64,000 nt of DNA, from assembly GCF_016432865.1 (NCBI RefSeq), contig NC_067400.1, forward strand, positions 538,904,001-538,968,000, read 5' to 3'. Of this stretch, positions 23,713 through 36,659 are shown one piece after another (position 1 is the first letter of the stretch; every line of letters begins with the position of its first letter). The DNA is from Antechinus flavipes. Taxonomy: Eukaryota. Both the position numbers and the translations under genes were made by a program. The notes below the pieces were generated by a model. It saw only the letters and a list, made by a program, of their open reading frames with translations. It had not been told where the DNA came from and ran no database searches.

Positions 23713-25829
23713 TCAGGGCATGATAAAAATACTTTTTATTGTTACTATCAGTGTGAAACTAATTTCATCTTTTTTTTTTTTAACTGAACCAAGAATCTTG
23801 CTTCTCTCTAAGTTTTACTTGGACTTTATGTTGGATGAATTTCAATGCTGCCTTTTTAGACAGATGAACTATCTTACTGATAAACCCTGTATAGTTTTGT
23901 TTGTTTGTTTGTTTTGTTATTGTTGTTCTTAATTTAGCAACTTCTGAATTTCCCCATCATTTTCATTAAGTCAGTCTTGATTTTGTGAGTATTTTGATCA
24001 GGATGAGTAATTGCAGTGCTGTACACTAACTTTCTAAAAGTTGCCTATTTCTTTTCTATTCCACTGTTGTAGCTAAAGGGCTATAAAACTGTGCATACTT
24101 TGATGCAACAATACACTATTAGAGCCATATCCCATTCTATACCTTTAATTCATCTATTCTCTGTCAAAATGTGAGAAATATGACCTTTTATTGGTCTTTT
24201 GGAATTGGTCGTTATATTAGAACTTTTAAGTCTTTTAAATTTTTTGTTTACATTTTGTTTTTTAATTAACCAAAAGTCTTTTTCTTATCCTCTCTCCAGC
24301 ACTTTTTCCTTCAAATGGGGACAAAGAAAAACAAATTCATTACAAACACAATTAATACACATTTCTATAAAAATCATTTGTCTCATTCTGCATTCTGAAT
24401 ATTTGATATCTTTATCAATAAGTGGGCAACATGTTTTATTATTAATTTTATGAAATCTTGATTAGTCAATATGCTGATAAGCTTCTAATTCTTTCAGTAT
24501 TATTCCTAAAGTTCTTAATGCATCAGTTATTATCTTGGTTTTGTTCATCAATTTTCACAAGCTTGCCAAGTTTCTGTGAAATCTTTTTCATAATTTAACA
24601 TAACACAATAGGGATGTGATTTAGGTAAGCAATTTTAAGTTCCAAATGATAAGATTGTAGGCATCAAGTGTCGGGGGTCAATCATGTGAAGAATTCATAA
24701 TAGCTATTCTCTTTGGCAAAAGGTAGGTTCAAGAAGATATTATAGACAATGAAGAAATACAATAGACACCAGAAGTGGTAAATATGAAATAGAGTTGGAA
24801 GATTGCATAGTTAGACATCAAAGTGATTTTAACAATTAATGATGTAAAAGACAAGTTCCCTAGTGGAATTCACAATTAACAAAAAGAAAGGGAACACCTT
24901 ATGAGGTTGGAGTATGCCATTAGCTGGCAGGCTAAATCTATAGAGGAGTTAGTTATAAGGAGAAAGAACAGAGACATGGAGGGGTGAGAGGAGAGATACT
25001 ATGTGACAGGGGAGAAGAAAGGGGAAAGACAACACAAGGCAGAGAACCAAAAGGGATTCATCAAAGATAGCATGAACCATGGACAGATTTATAGGGGAAA
25101 ATTAACTTCAGGGGTTTGATACCACTTGGATTTCTGGCTGAATGCTGCAAGATGTGGCTATAAGGTTAAACTGATCCTATTAGTGCTCTTCTCTGCTTGC
25201 TTCTGGGAATAATTCTATTGATGCTTTAGTAGTTCTCTGTCAACCCCACCTAGTTACTTTTTCAATAGTATTCTAAGATATTTAAATACTCTAATTTCCT
25301 TAACCATTTCCCATTTGATGGGTTTTCTCTCAGATTCCCATTCCTTCTTAATCTACTTTCCCTCTAATTTGTCCTCTTCCCTTCTCTTCCCTTCACTTCC
25401 TATTTCCCAAGTAAGTAAAATATGAAGTAAAATGTATTTCTGTATCCCATTGTGGGTACATGTGTGTTTATCATTCTTTTCTTTAAACAGTCCAAATGAG
25501 AATGACGTTGAAATGTGAGCTTCTCACTCTACCCTCCTTTGTGTTTGTTTGTATACATGTCTACTTATGCACTCTGATTATGTGAAAGGACTTGTAGAGA
25601 GTTCAATAGATATTGCTGATGGTACTGTTTCAGATACTATCAGTGGAATGGACCCATTCTGGGGGTGGTTCTATGCTTCACAAAGAAAATTCTCCCCAGG
25701 GTGTCTTCAGCTTCTTGGCATTGGTAATTTTTACAGCAATGGATTTCCTGCCAGTACCTGTGCTTGTCATTCCTGTTTCCAGATTCAAAACCAATTGCAT
25801 TTTCTATCTGCTGAGAGCACCATCTTGTG

Positions 25830-27065
25830 GACAAATTATCAAGAAAAACTGTTCTGATATTCTAGGACCAGAGAGTAAAATAGAAATGGAAAGAACACAC
25901 TGATCATCTCCTGAAAAAGATCCCAAAACAAAAACTCCTAGGAATATTATAGTCAAATTCCAGAACCTCCAGGTCAAGGAGAAAATATTGCAAGCATCTA
26001 GAAAGAAGTAATTCAAGTAGAGTGGAGCCACAGTCAGGATAACACAAGATTTAACAGCTTCTACATTAAAAGACCAGAAGACTTGCAATATGATATTTCA
26101 ATGGAGCTAGGATTGCAATCAAGAATCACCTACCCAGTAAAACTGAATATAATCCTTTGGAGGAAAAGGTGATCATTCAATGAAATAGGATTTTCAAAGC
26201 ATTCATAATGAAAAGACCAGAACTGAATGGAAAATGTGATTTTCAGATACAGAACTCAGGAGAAACATAAGGAGGTAATCAGGAAAGTGATATAATAAGG
26301 GACTTAATAAAGTTTATCTGTTTATGTTCCTACATGCAAGGATGATACGTGTAATTCATTAAAACATTCTCATTATAATGGCAGTTAGAAGGAGTACATA
26401 TAGACAGAGGGCATGGGTGTGAATTGAATATGAAGGAATAATATCTTTTTTTTTAATTGATAAAATTAAGGGGTAAGAGTGGAATGTACTGGAAGAAAGG
26501 TAAAAGAAGTGGAATGGTGCAAATTATCTGTCATAAAAAAGAGACAAGAAAAAGCTTTTACAGTGAAAGGGAAGAGAGGAAGGAGAGAATGAGTGAGTGA
26601 ACCTTACTCTCATCAGAATTGTTGGGGAATAACATATAAGCTCAATATGGGTATCGAAATCTATCTTACCCTACAGGAAAATGAGGGGAATGGGATATGA
26701 GAAAGGGGGATGGGTGATTAAAGAGAAATCATAATAGGGGAGAAAGTAGTCAGTAACAAAACACTTTGAGGAGGAACAGGGTAAAAGAAGAGAGAATAAA
26801 TGGGGGGTGGGGTGGGGAATACAATTAGCAATAGTAATTACAAAACAATTTTCAAAGCAAGTTTTATTGGTAGAATATTATTGTTCTCTGGAAAATGATG
26901 AGCAGGATATTTTCAGGAAAAAACAAAAAACCTGGAAAGTCCTCCATGAACAAACATGGAACAAAGTGAAATATACTGTATACAAAATAATAGCAATGTT
27001 CTGGGATGACCAGCTGTAAATGACTTCATTATTTTCGGTAGTACAATCAATCATCCACAACTTCT
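25830..27065 (+). mobile_element. L1/HAL1 ORF1 3' half and downstream remnant
   Basis: aaattatcaagaaaaactgttctgatattctagga..., aaaactcctaggaatattatagtcaaattccag..., ggagccacagtcaggataacacaag typical of marsupial L1 ORF1. Confidence 0.8.
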
Positions 27066-28107
27066 CTATCTAATCTAACCTTTTGAAAGTTTGAAGCTAT
27101 TCCTTCCCACCTATTTTTGATTTTATCAAGAAAGATCAGGACTCTAAAAAAACAGATTCCTGCCCTAAGGTATAATCAAAACAATCTCATACCTGCACAC
27201 TCAACCAATGTTACAACATATATTTATTTTGGGGTTCCCAGAAAATAAAATGGGTGTAGAATAGTTGTATTGATTCACCTCAATAACTGCTCACATGAAG
27301 CTCTCTGCCCATGCCCATACCATTTAATTTTAACTCAGTAGGATCCAGTATCCCAAGACCTCTTGAGTTTACATGGTCACTGTCAATTATATATATGTTC
27401 ATCTTGGAATATTTATTGGTCTAAAATCAAGAAAAGAACCAATATCGAGGAAGTAGATTTTTTTTTTGTCTGTCAATCCCACCTAATTATTCTGAGATCA
27501 TCAGGATTACAAAAGATTTCAATTATATTTCAATACAGGTATCAAAAAGATATTTGAAAAACAAATTTAAGGATCCCAGGTTAAGAACTGAAAAAAAATG
27601 CCCCAAATTCTTCTCTAATGCCTCAAATAACTTAAACTATTTATAAAATTTTGAGAATACAGAAAAATCAAATAAGGAAGGTACAAAATTAGCTCAGAGA
27701 GAGATACAAGGTTAAGAGATTGAGAGTATATGCCTCCAGTACTGAAAAGTCAGTGAAATTCAGAAACTAAATGTGGATTTGGGAAATATTCTGAGAAAAA
27801 TATTTAATTTATTGCAGATTGAGCAAGTGGTTTCCATTGTTTTGCCCAGAGACTAAGATGTTTATCTTGGGAAGGAATTTTTCTCATTATCCTACATTAA
27901 AAACACCAAGCTTTAAACAAGCCTAATTTTATAAGGGAGACCTACAACTCTGACTCCACAAAAGAAGAATAGTCACTTGTAAAGGATATTGTAGAACAGA
28001 TTTATGCATCTCTTTTCAACAATGAGGTGATTTAGGCCAATTCCAATAGACTTGTGATAGAGCCATCTGCATCCAGAGAAAAGACTAGAAGGATTGAATG
28101 TGGATCA

Positions 28108-28385
28108 CAACATAGTATTTTCACCTATTTTATTGATGTAATTTGTTTTCTTTCTCATTTTTTTTTTGATCTGATTCTTCTTGTGCAGCAAAAGAAATAT
28201 GGAAATATGTTTAGAAGAATTGCACATGTTTAACCTAGATTGGATTAGTTGATGTCTAGAGGAGGGGAAAACTGAGCAGGGAGGGAGAAAAATATGGAAC
28301 ACAAGATTTTGCAAGAGTGAATGTTGAAAACTATCTTTGCATGCATTTTGAAAAAATAAAAAGCTATTATTAAAAAAAAAAAAAG
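28108..28385 (+). mobile_element. L1 3'UTR end with poly(A)
   Basis: ...gttgaaaactatctttgcatg...aataaaaagctattattaaaaaaaaaaaa. Confidence 0.85.
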
Positions 28386-29178
28386 GTTTAGGCATCAATG
28401 AATGTTGTCACCTACTGCCTACCTCATTTTATCTGAAAATAGGAAGTAGGGACAAAACTTACCTTTCTAATATCCATTATCCTGAGATTAAAAACAAACA
28501 AACAAACAAAAACAAAAACTAGAAAATAGTTTGGGACAGTTCATGTCATGTTCCTTACTATGCATTTTCTGTGATATTCACAGATCCTACCTCATCGTTA
28601 TTTCCTCATCTAGTGGTTACCAATGTTTAACATATTTTTTTTTTTGGTGAAGGACCTGAGTAGCTCCCAGAGAGTAGAAGTCCTCTGTTTACAGCAAGAA
28701 AGAGGCCAAGAGGGAACCTCAACAGGTTTGGCTGGTTTCAGCCAAGGGCAGAGGAATGGGGGGAGGAATGCCAGTTCTTAGGACTCTGAGATAGAGGTAG
28801 GAGGTCCCAGACTTCTCTGGTCAAACCATTCAAAAGTCTCTCCTAAAGCCCAAATTGTCAAACCATACCCAAGACCTCGCACAGGTGGTCCTCAGCACAT
28901 GGAGTATCCCTGGAAAACTGGGAACAGGAGCTGAATCAATCTATAAACTTTAGTGGCCCATCGCTTCTCTTCCTCCCAAGTAGTTGGGGAAAGAGGGCTT
29001 TGCAAGGGAGTAATCTAGATTCTGAACTAATTGTTCTAAGGAGGAGAAAATGGAGGACTTTCTCAACCAAGGGACCCTCACATTCAGCATTAAAAAACAG
29101 AAAACCTGCCTCCTTCTCTGGATCCCTCTAAAAGCCAAGAATGGATTTGACCTTGGCCTGAAAGCACTGCTCTTCTCC

Positions 29179-29583
29179 TGTAATGCTGGAGAAACTGAGC
29201 CAAGATAGAGAGTTATAGTATTTTATTTATTGGAGAGCTTAATTGACTGGATTGGACTCTCATCTCCAAGTATCCATTATCAAAAGTATTCCAGAGAAGT
29301 GGGGGGAGGGAGAGGCAGAGTGCGCACTGGTCATTCTGATAAGTTGGGAAGGTCTGGAGTCATGATGTCTAAGATAGAAGGTCTTCCTCTTATCTGGGAT
29401 TAAACATTTACAATTTATAATCTTAGAGCAGCCAGCCCTAAATTATATTAGTCCTAATGATCAGGAAGGGGAGGGGGGGTGGTATTGCAACTAGGGGAAC
29501 TAAGGCAGAACAATTCAGGGTAATTGAGGTATAATTATTAGAGAAACTGAGGTAGAACAATCAAAGGAAATTGTGGCATAACA
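29179..29583 (-). mobile_element. Solo LTR (family C), 405 bp, 4-bp TSD CTCC
   Basis: TG...CA ends, AATAAA on the minus strand; ctcc at 29175-29178 and 29584-29587; related to 34611-35278. Confidence 0.85.
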
Positions 29584-30743
29584 CTCCCTGGCCCCTGCTT
29601 TCTCTCTTCCTTCTTCTCCTCTGAAAATCTGCAGTACCTCACTGGTTAATGTAGTACATTTGGAGAGTGCCCCACTTTCCATGGCAAGGGGAGCGGCCCA
29701 CAGAGTTAGTCTTCAAAATTGTCTCAGAATTCAAAATGTGGCCTCCCAGTGATCCAGAGTCTGTTAGACCCCTGAAGCTAGGTTGTGTTCAGAAACTGGA
29801 GTCCCAGTGTATGAGGAGGGAGACATAGGATCCCTTGCTCTACACCAAAGCCTTCAAACTCTAGTCCTACCCCCAACTTTGCTACCTCTATAAGTTATCA
29901 GCCTCTGTGTGTACCCATTTATCCTTGGGTACCTTTTACAGAGTGTAAGAAATGACCACTGAGGTTGACTCTGAACTCCCTTAGGGGACCATTTAACTCA
30001 ACTTCTATACTTAGCATTGCCAAGACCCTCTTTCCCTCCCTTCTAATGCCTTTACTTAGAGATCACCTTCCCTTTACCCTTTTTTGTCCCCATGGTTTTT
30101 TCATGTTTTCTCCCTCTTTAGAAAGTAAGCTTTTGGAGGACAGAAATGACATTTTTACTTTTCTTGATATTCCCTCTGTTTATCAATGTCTGGTGCCAAG
30201 TAAACACTTGATAAATTTTGATAATTGTTAAACCCACTTCCTCCTTGGATAAACTGTCCTAGGGAAGAAAGTCTGGTCAAGGCTAGGTCAGCAAGTCACC
30301 ATCTCCTAGAGGGAGTGGGAATCAAGATTTCTTTAGATTTGTCATCCTAAATAAACCCCTACCCCTAAGGCCTCTTACAAAGGGGCTCAAAGAATCCTCT
30401 CTGCTCACCCTCAGGAGTCTGTCACTTTTGATCTCTTAATGCTGTTTTTTAAGTGGAGAGGATGATGGAGGTAGTGTCCAGGATCAATCTTGAGGGCCAT
30501 TGGAAGAATGGCAAATGTTCTTTTCCCCTGAAGATGCCAGTTAGATCCAACTATTGAATTCTTGTCCCCTGGGTTAGAGGGTGCAATTGAGGTATGTGTA
30601 GGGAAAGATAGCAGGGTCAATTCAATTCAATAAATAGGTGTTAAGTACCTGCTATGTAGGCACAGTGCTGAACACTAAGGTTACAAATAAGAGACTAGAA
30701 CTTTTCCCAATAAATATGGGAGTGAAGCAATTATTTCCCTAAT

Positions 30744-31529
30744 TGTTGGAATCTTTACAAACTGCTAACTCATTAGAGTTGATAGATTATTGATTTGATC
30801 GTACAAGATGATGTTTTGGGCCAGAACCTGAAACAAGGTACTAAGTAGAACTAATTGATACCATGCTTGTGTTTGCACCTTTACTCATTGGAGTTCACAT
30901 GTTTGGGAAATTTCAGGGTTTAGTATGAGATATCTGAATTCACACCTCCCTTGAAGCTCTTAGGGCCAGAGAGCACTATGGGAGAAAACCCATAATCCCA
31001 TTCTCTCAGAAGAGTCATATATAAGCCAGTGAAGAGTGATTCATTCCAGAATATTTTCCACTTGGCTGGCTGGTGGCAGAAGAAGAGTTTTGAAAGGAAG
31101 AAGCTATGAATGGAGAGTTAGGTGAAGATTGAGAAGGCTCTCTCAGAGGCAAGACAGATTCAACTTGATGCTGGCTCTGGAGGCTGAAGAAAGCAGAGGC
31201 AGAGGCTGAAGGACAAAACCTTTGGATTTGAAGACATTCGGAGGGAGCTCTTGGAACCAATCAGAGAGAGAGAGGGATTATGGGTTTTCTCCCATACTGC
31301 TCTCTGGCCCTAAGAGCTTCAAGGGAAGTGTGAATTCACAAAGTTACAGTTTACTTTGTGAATCTCCCATACTTGTGAACTCCAGTGAGTAAAGGTATAA
31401 ACATAAGCATTGTATTAATTAGTTCTACTTAGTACCTTGTTTCAGGTTCTGGCCCAAAACATCTTCTTGTAAGATCAGATCAATAATCTATCAACTCTAA
31501 TGAGTTAGCAGTTTGTAAAGATTCCAACA
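30744..31529. mobile_element. LTR-derived fold-back element (family B): 256-bp inverted arms around a 274-bp spacer
   Basis: Left arm 30744-30999 (tgttggaatc...cccataatccc), right arm 31274-31529 (gggattatggg...gattccaaca); flanks cctaat/cttaat; spacer has TATA catatataagcc. Confidence 0.9.
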
Positions 31530-31745
31530 CTTAATAATTGAAAGAGTTCTGGAAATGCTAGTTATAACAATAAGACAAGAGAAAGGAATTCAAAGAATAA
31601 AAATAGATAAAAAGGAGATGAAATATTTTTGCTGGTGAAAGGATGGTATACTTGAAAATCCTAGGGAATTAACTAAGATACTAATTGAGACAATAACTTC
31701 AATAAATTTTCAGGCTATAAAATATGTCCTTAAAAATCAACAGCA

Positions 31746-32284
31746 TGTATAGAATAGAGATAAGGTGAAGAACTTAAGGAATGTATGAATTCTTTTTCTG
31801 TATTTTATTTTCATTATTTCTGTGTTTCCCCTATGACCTGTATATTTACTTGAGCCTTGGCCAGTTAGAAACATATTTACTTAACCTGAGCTGATGACAT
31901 TTATTAGTATTTGACATTTGTCGATATTTAGTCTATTAGTTAGACTACTGTCTGCTTGGTTAAGTCTGAAGGCCTGACTTTCTGTTTCCTAGAAATCAGG
32001 AGATTTCCGGGAAACAGAAATCTTCCATTCCAATCTCTCCAAATAGCAACAACCAATTAGATGCCTCCCCCTCCCCTTCTCAATGCTCTCTTACTTGTGA
32101 TGTAATTTCTTGTATAAAAGCTATGTATCTTTACTACTTCTTTAGCCCTCCTCGAGCTTTCTCTTTCTTATCTTGCAGATGGGATGGCTCATCCTCCCGA
32201 GGTTTTCAATAAACAACTTTTCTGCCTTCTACTGAATGATTTCTGAGTAGTCATTTTGGGTAAGGGTCTTCCACATCCCTCACA
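31746..32284 (+). mobile_element. Solo LTR (family A)
   Basis: tgtatagaata...catccctcaca, AATAAA at ~32208; homologous to 10479-11028; flanks agca/aaca (3 of 4 match). Confidence 0.82.
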
Positions 32285-32539
32285 AACATTTCTAAATAAT
32301 AATAACAAAACACAAGAAGCAAAAATAGAAAGGGAAAATCCCATTTCAAGTAATTGCAAAATGTATAAAATATCTGTGGAAATCACACAAAAGACTTTTA
32401 GATTCAATTACAAAGTATTCCAAGTTAAATAGCCAGAAAAAAGATTTAGTGCTCATAGCTAGGCCATGCCAATATAATAAAAATGCCAATACTATGAAAA
32501 TTGATTTACATTTTTAATAATATATTGTACAACCAAATT

Positions 32540-34000
32540 ACCAAATCTATCTAGTTTAGCATGGTGCTTAATATTCTCTAAATTCAGTATGATTGATTTA
32601 ATCTTACGCTAGTGATATAATGATTGGTTTATACTCAGTGTAGAGCATATAAACTGGGAGCTCAAGCTCTCGGAGTGAAGTAGAGAGAGATTCAATTCCA
32701 TCTTCAGTCAGGCTCCTGATGGCTGGCCTGGGCCTCTTGCACTTCTCTACTGAAACATTGACCACTTAGTCTGATTACAGACATTTGCTGTAGGAGATAA
32801 AATCTTTTGGGACTGCAATTGATATTTATTTGGAGTTTTGAATTTAGGTATGACTCTGCATAGCTCATCAAGGAATATACCACAAGCTACTCAGAAGAAG
32901 CTGTTAGAGGTGGAAGGTAAATTTTGGGAACGAATTAGAAGGACTATCTTGGTCTCAACTGAGATAAAATCCTTCTGACTCAATTTCCCAGTGAATCTGG
33001 TTTAAGGTGGAATGGCTAAAAAAAAAATTAGGGCAATTATGTGAAATAAAACTGCCTTAAATAAATCGAGTCCCTGAACTTTCCTCTTATAGCAAATGTC
33101 TGTAATCAGAGCAATTGGTTAGTGAGATATAAAAAACAAGTATGGAGATATTGTAATTTGCAGCCCAGCCCTAGAGGACTTTTTGGTTGTTGCTAGTATA
33201 TCTTTAATCCTTTTACTTCCTGGGGCTAGAATTTTTTTTATCTATCGGCTTACTTCACCCAACTACTTGGGGCCACTCCCACTTTGCCTTTTGTTCTTTG
33301 AGAGAAAGCTGGGAATTTCATCAAGCCCTGATGAGGCTAATTTTTTAGAACTCTAAAAGTTAAACTAATCTGCCTAAAGAGTCTTTTACACTGTATGTTG
33401 ATGGCAGGTGGGGCTAGGTCCTTGGGGTCTCTGGAATCTTATACCCCTGACTTATTTATCAAAGATCTATACTATCTTCAAATGTGTTTTTCATGTTTTG
33501 CTTGATCATGGGGGGCTACATGGAAAGAGAATTTTTGACACCCAAACAATTTCCCATTAAATATGCAGAGAAAATAATTACTGCCAGCTATCCTTGGACC
33601 CCAAGGTTTCTGCTGTTTCTTAAAAGAAGGGGAATTAAGGCCAGGTGAAAGGAAGCAGGCTTATAGATCAGCTGCCTACGTTGCTGATTGTTTGCCCCTG
33701 ACCATGGCAACTTTAATTCCCTGACTTCTGGTTCCCTCATATACCTCCCCAAGCAAGTAAATTCTGAAAAGAGCCTGCACATATGCCCCTTGCAGGGACT
33801 TCAAACTGCTTTCAGTTTTGTTAACACCTGTTAAAAAACCTTGGGTAAAAAAACCTTCTCTTGTAAGGCTCTAGCATTTTTGTGGGAGAGATCATACTCA
33901 CTGAAGGGCACATGTTCTATCTATTACACCTACTCCTTTAAGGAAACAAAAGCAAGAATTTGGAAAAACACTGCTTGGTATCTATCCTAGGAAAGCTGTT
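32540..34000. mobile_element. Cluster of probable degenerate LTR fragments
   Basis: CCAAT/TATA-like promoter text (gattggtttatac, gcatataaactgg) and TG-initiated blocks; not resolved individually. Confidence 0.35.
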
Positions 34001-34610
34001 AGGATGAGAGACATTTATGATAGCCTCATTCTCCCCCAGCCTTCTTCTGGATGGGGTTCCTGGTTACTGTCCTTAGTAACCTCTCCATATTATCTCTACT
34101 ATCTATTATTTTATAACTCTTTATTCTTTCTCTTTTACTCATATTTAGCCCTTGCATTTTAATATACTTGTGAGAGCTGCTTCTTCCAGACTCTGAGCCA
34201 TGAAATTCCAACTACTTGGTCATCCTGAAAATCACCGAAACCTGATTCTGACATTCAGGGTCAGACTTAAGAGAATAAACTAAATGGAATTCACTGACTT
34301 TTTTTCTTACAGAGAAGGAATCACAGATTTGGACGATTAGTAAGCATTTTAAAAGGGTCTACTACAAGCCAGGAACTGCTAAACTCTGGCACAGAGGACG
34401 ACAAAAAGAGTCCTTGTCCTCAAAAAAATTCACAATGTAATGGAAGAGATACAAGTATACAAATATGTTTAAACAAGTTATAAACAGGAAATAATTAAAA
34501 GAGAAAAGGCACTAGAATCTAGAGGGGTTGGGAAAGACTTCCTACAGGTGGTGAGATTTTAGGCGGGATTTGAAAGAAGTCAAGGCAGAAATGAAGAGAG
34601 AGCATGGGGA

Positions 34611-35278
34611 TGTTGTGCCAGTTCTCTTTTAATGTCCTGACCCAGTTTCCCTAATTGTCCTATTTAGTTAATCTGCCTCAGGTTATAACCATTCCCTCTT
34701 AATGTTAGATAGGCTAAAGGTCTAATTCAGGGGTCCTCAAACTACAGGCCGAGGGCCAGATGTGGCAGCTGAGAAAGTTTATCCCTTCTCACTCAGGGCT
34801 ATGAAGTTTATTTAAAGGCCCACAAAACAAAGATTTTGTTTTTACTATTGTCCGGCCCTCCAACAGTCTGAGGGACAGTGAACTGGCCCCCTATTTAAAA
34901 AGTTTGAGGACCCCTGTACCTTAGGCTAAACTTATTCATTCTTAATGTTTAATGGGATAAAGGTCTTTATCCATTTTAGACATCATTAGCATATCAGAAG
35001 CCTCTTCAGTACCTCCCTCCATTATGTCATCCATTTCCTAGGTGCCTCCCCCCATTAGGTAATCCCTACCCAGGTACCTCCCCCCTTATGTCATTGTTCT
35101 TGTTACCCTATAAAAGAATCTTGTATCCAACATTCAGGGTTGGATTCTTTGAGACAATAGTCTCATTCAGCCCTGGGACCAAACCATGGATACATTTGGT
35201 CCAGTAAATCTCTCACTTTAAATAAAATATTAAATTGTTCTCTAATCTCTATCCTGCCTCAATTTCTTCAGCATTACA
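34611..35278 (+). mobile_element. Solo LTR (family C) interrupted by a hAT MITE
   Basis: tgttgtgcca...cctataaaag...aaataaaa...cagcattaca; ends resemble those of 29179-29583; no TSD match seen. Confidence 0.75.
34728..34916. mobile_element. 189-bp hAT/Charlie MITE resembling OposCharlie1 (OC1) non-autonomous elements
   Basis: Perfect 16-bp TIRs caggggtcctcaaact / agtttgaggacccctg. Left flank gtctaatt resembles a Charlie target site; right flank does not duplicate it. Confidence 0.8.
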
Positions 35279-36659
35279 AAACATGTCTAATCCATCTTTC
35301 ATGTGACAAATCTCCCAATATATGATTGTTGTCATATCCCATCTTTTCTTCTCCAAGCTAGCATTTATACTTTATATATATATATATTACACACACATAT
35401 ATATATATACTAGAATTTATATAGTTCTTTAAGATTTGCAAAGTGTTTTATAGATGTTATTTTCTTTGATACTCACTAAAACCCTGGGGAGTGAGTACTA
35501 TTATTATACTCATTTTATAGACTGAGATTGAGACTCATAGCTAGTAAGTGTCTGAGGAAGAATTTGAATCCAGATTTCACTGACTCCAGATCTAGCATTC
35601 TATATGCTGTACCATCTGTTTTATACAGAACCACACAATCATAAGAGTTGAAAAGTGTATCAGTCGTCATCAAGTCTATAACTAAACAAGAATCCTTTCT
35701 CCAATATCCCCAAACAAGTGGGGATCTAACATGAGTATTCATGAAGTGATGGAAAACTTAACTTACAAATGGGTTGATTCCACTTTGAGACAATTTTAAT
35801 TGTCAAAAAGTTTTTTCTGGGACAACTAAGTGATATAATGGTATAAAGCACTGGTCCTGAAGTCAGGAGGAGTTGAGTTCAAATTTGGCCTTAATTGGTT
35901 ACTAGCTGTGTGACCCTGAGCAAGTCACTTCATTCCTTTTATAAAAAAGTATTTTTCTGTCTATCGAGGTGAATATTCCTCACTGCTCCTAGTTGGATAA
36001 ATAGGTGTTACAGTAGAATGCTGGGCCTGGAGCCAAGAAAACTTGAGTTCAAATTCAGCCTGGCACTTACTAGCTTGGATGACCCTGGTCAGGTCACAAA
36101 CCTATTTGCCTCAGTTTATCATCTGTAAAATAAGGTGGAAAAGGAAATGTCAACACTACCCCAGTATCTTTGTCAAGAACATCCCAGATGGATTCACAAA
36201 GAGTAGGACAGACTAAAATGACTGGACAACAATGACGACAAAACAACACAGGATTTTTGTGAAGACTAAATGAGATAATAATAAAACATGGTATCTAGCA
36301 CATAGTAAATACTAGATAAATGTTAGCTATTATATTAATTGTACCCTGTAGGAATAAGTAAAACAAGTTAAATATTTACTTCCAGAACTTCCAAAGTATT
36401 CTATCAACTTTCACTCTATGTTTTGGATTTTTTTGTTTTACATTAAGTTTCATGTATCCTATATGCTACAAATTCTACCAACTAATCTTATCTGGCACAG
36501 TTTTGAGTACCTTAATCCTGTAGCAACAATCTCCTCCCATGTCTTTCATGAAAAGAATTGGGATGGACATATTTTTGAGAAGTTTCAATCAATGATTTCA
36601 CACTTAGCATAAACACTTTGTAATTGCTAAAATTTCAAAAGAAAACATCAGAACACAGG

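Noticed and set aside
25570-25830. Non-L1 segment with overlapping ORFs (25549..25857, 25613..25903) sandwiched between L1 pieces; possible retrocopy fragment
   Set aside because: No recognisable protein in any frame; needs BLAST. Left uncalled.
28650-29900. GC-richer sequence hosting the 29179-29583 LTR; could be an L1 5'UTR or ERV internal region
   Set aside because: No gag/pol motifs or PBS identified; origin not determinable by eye.
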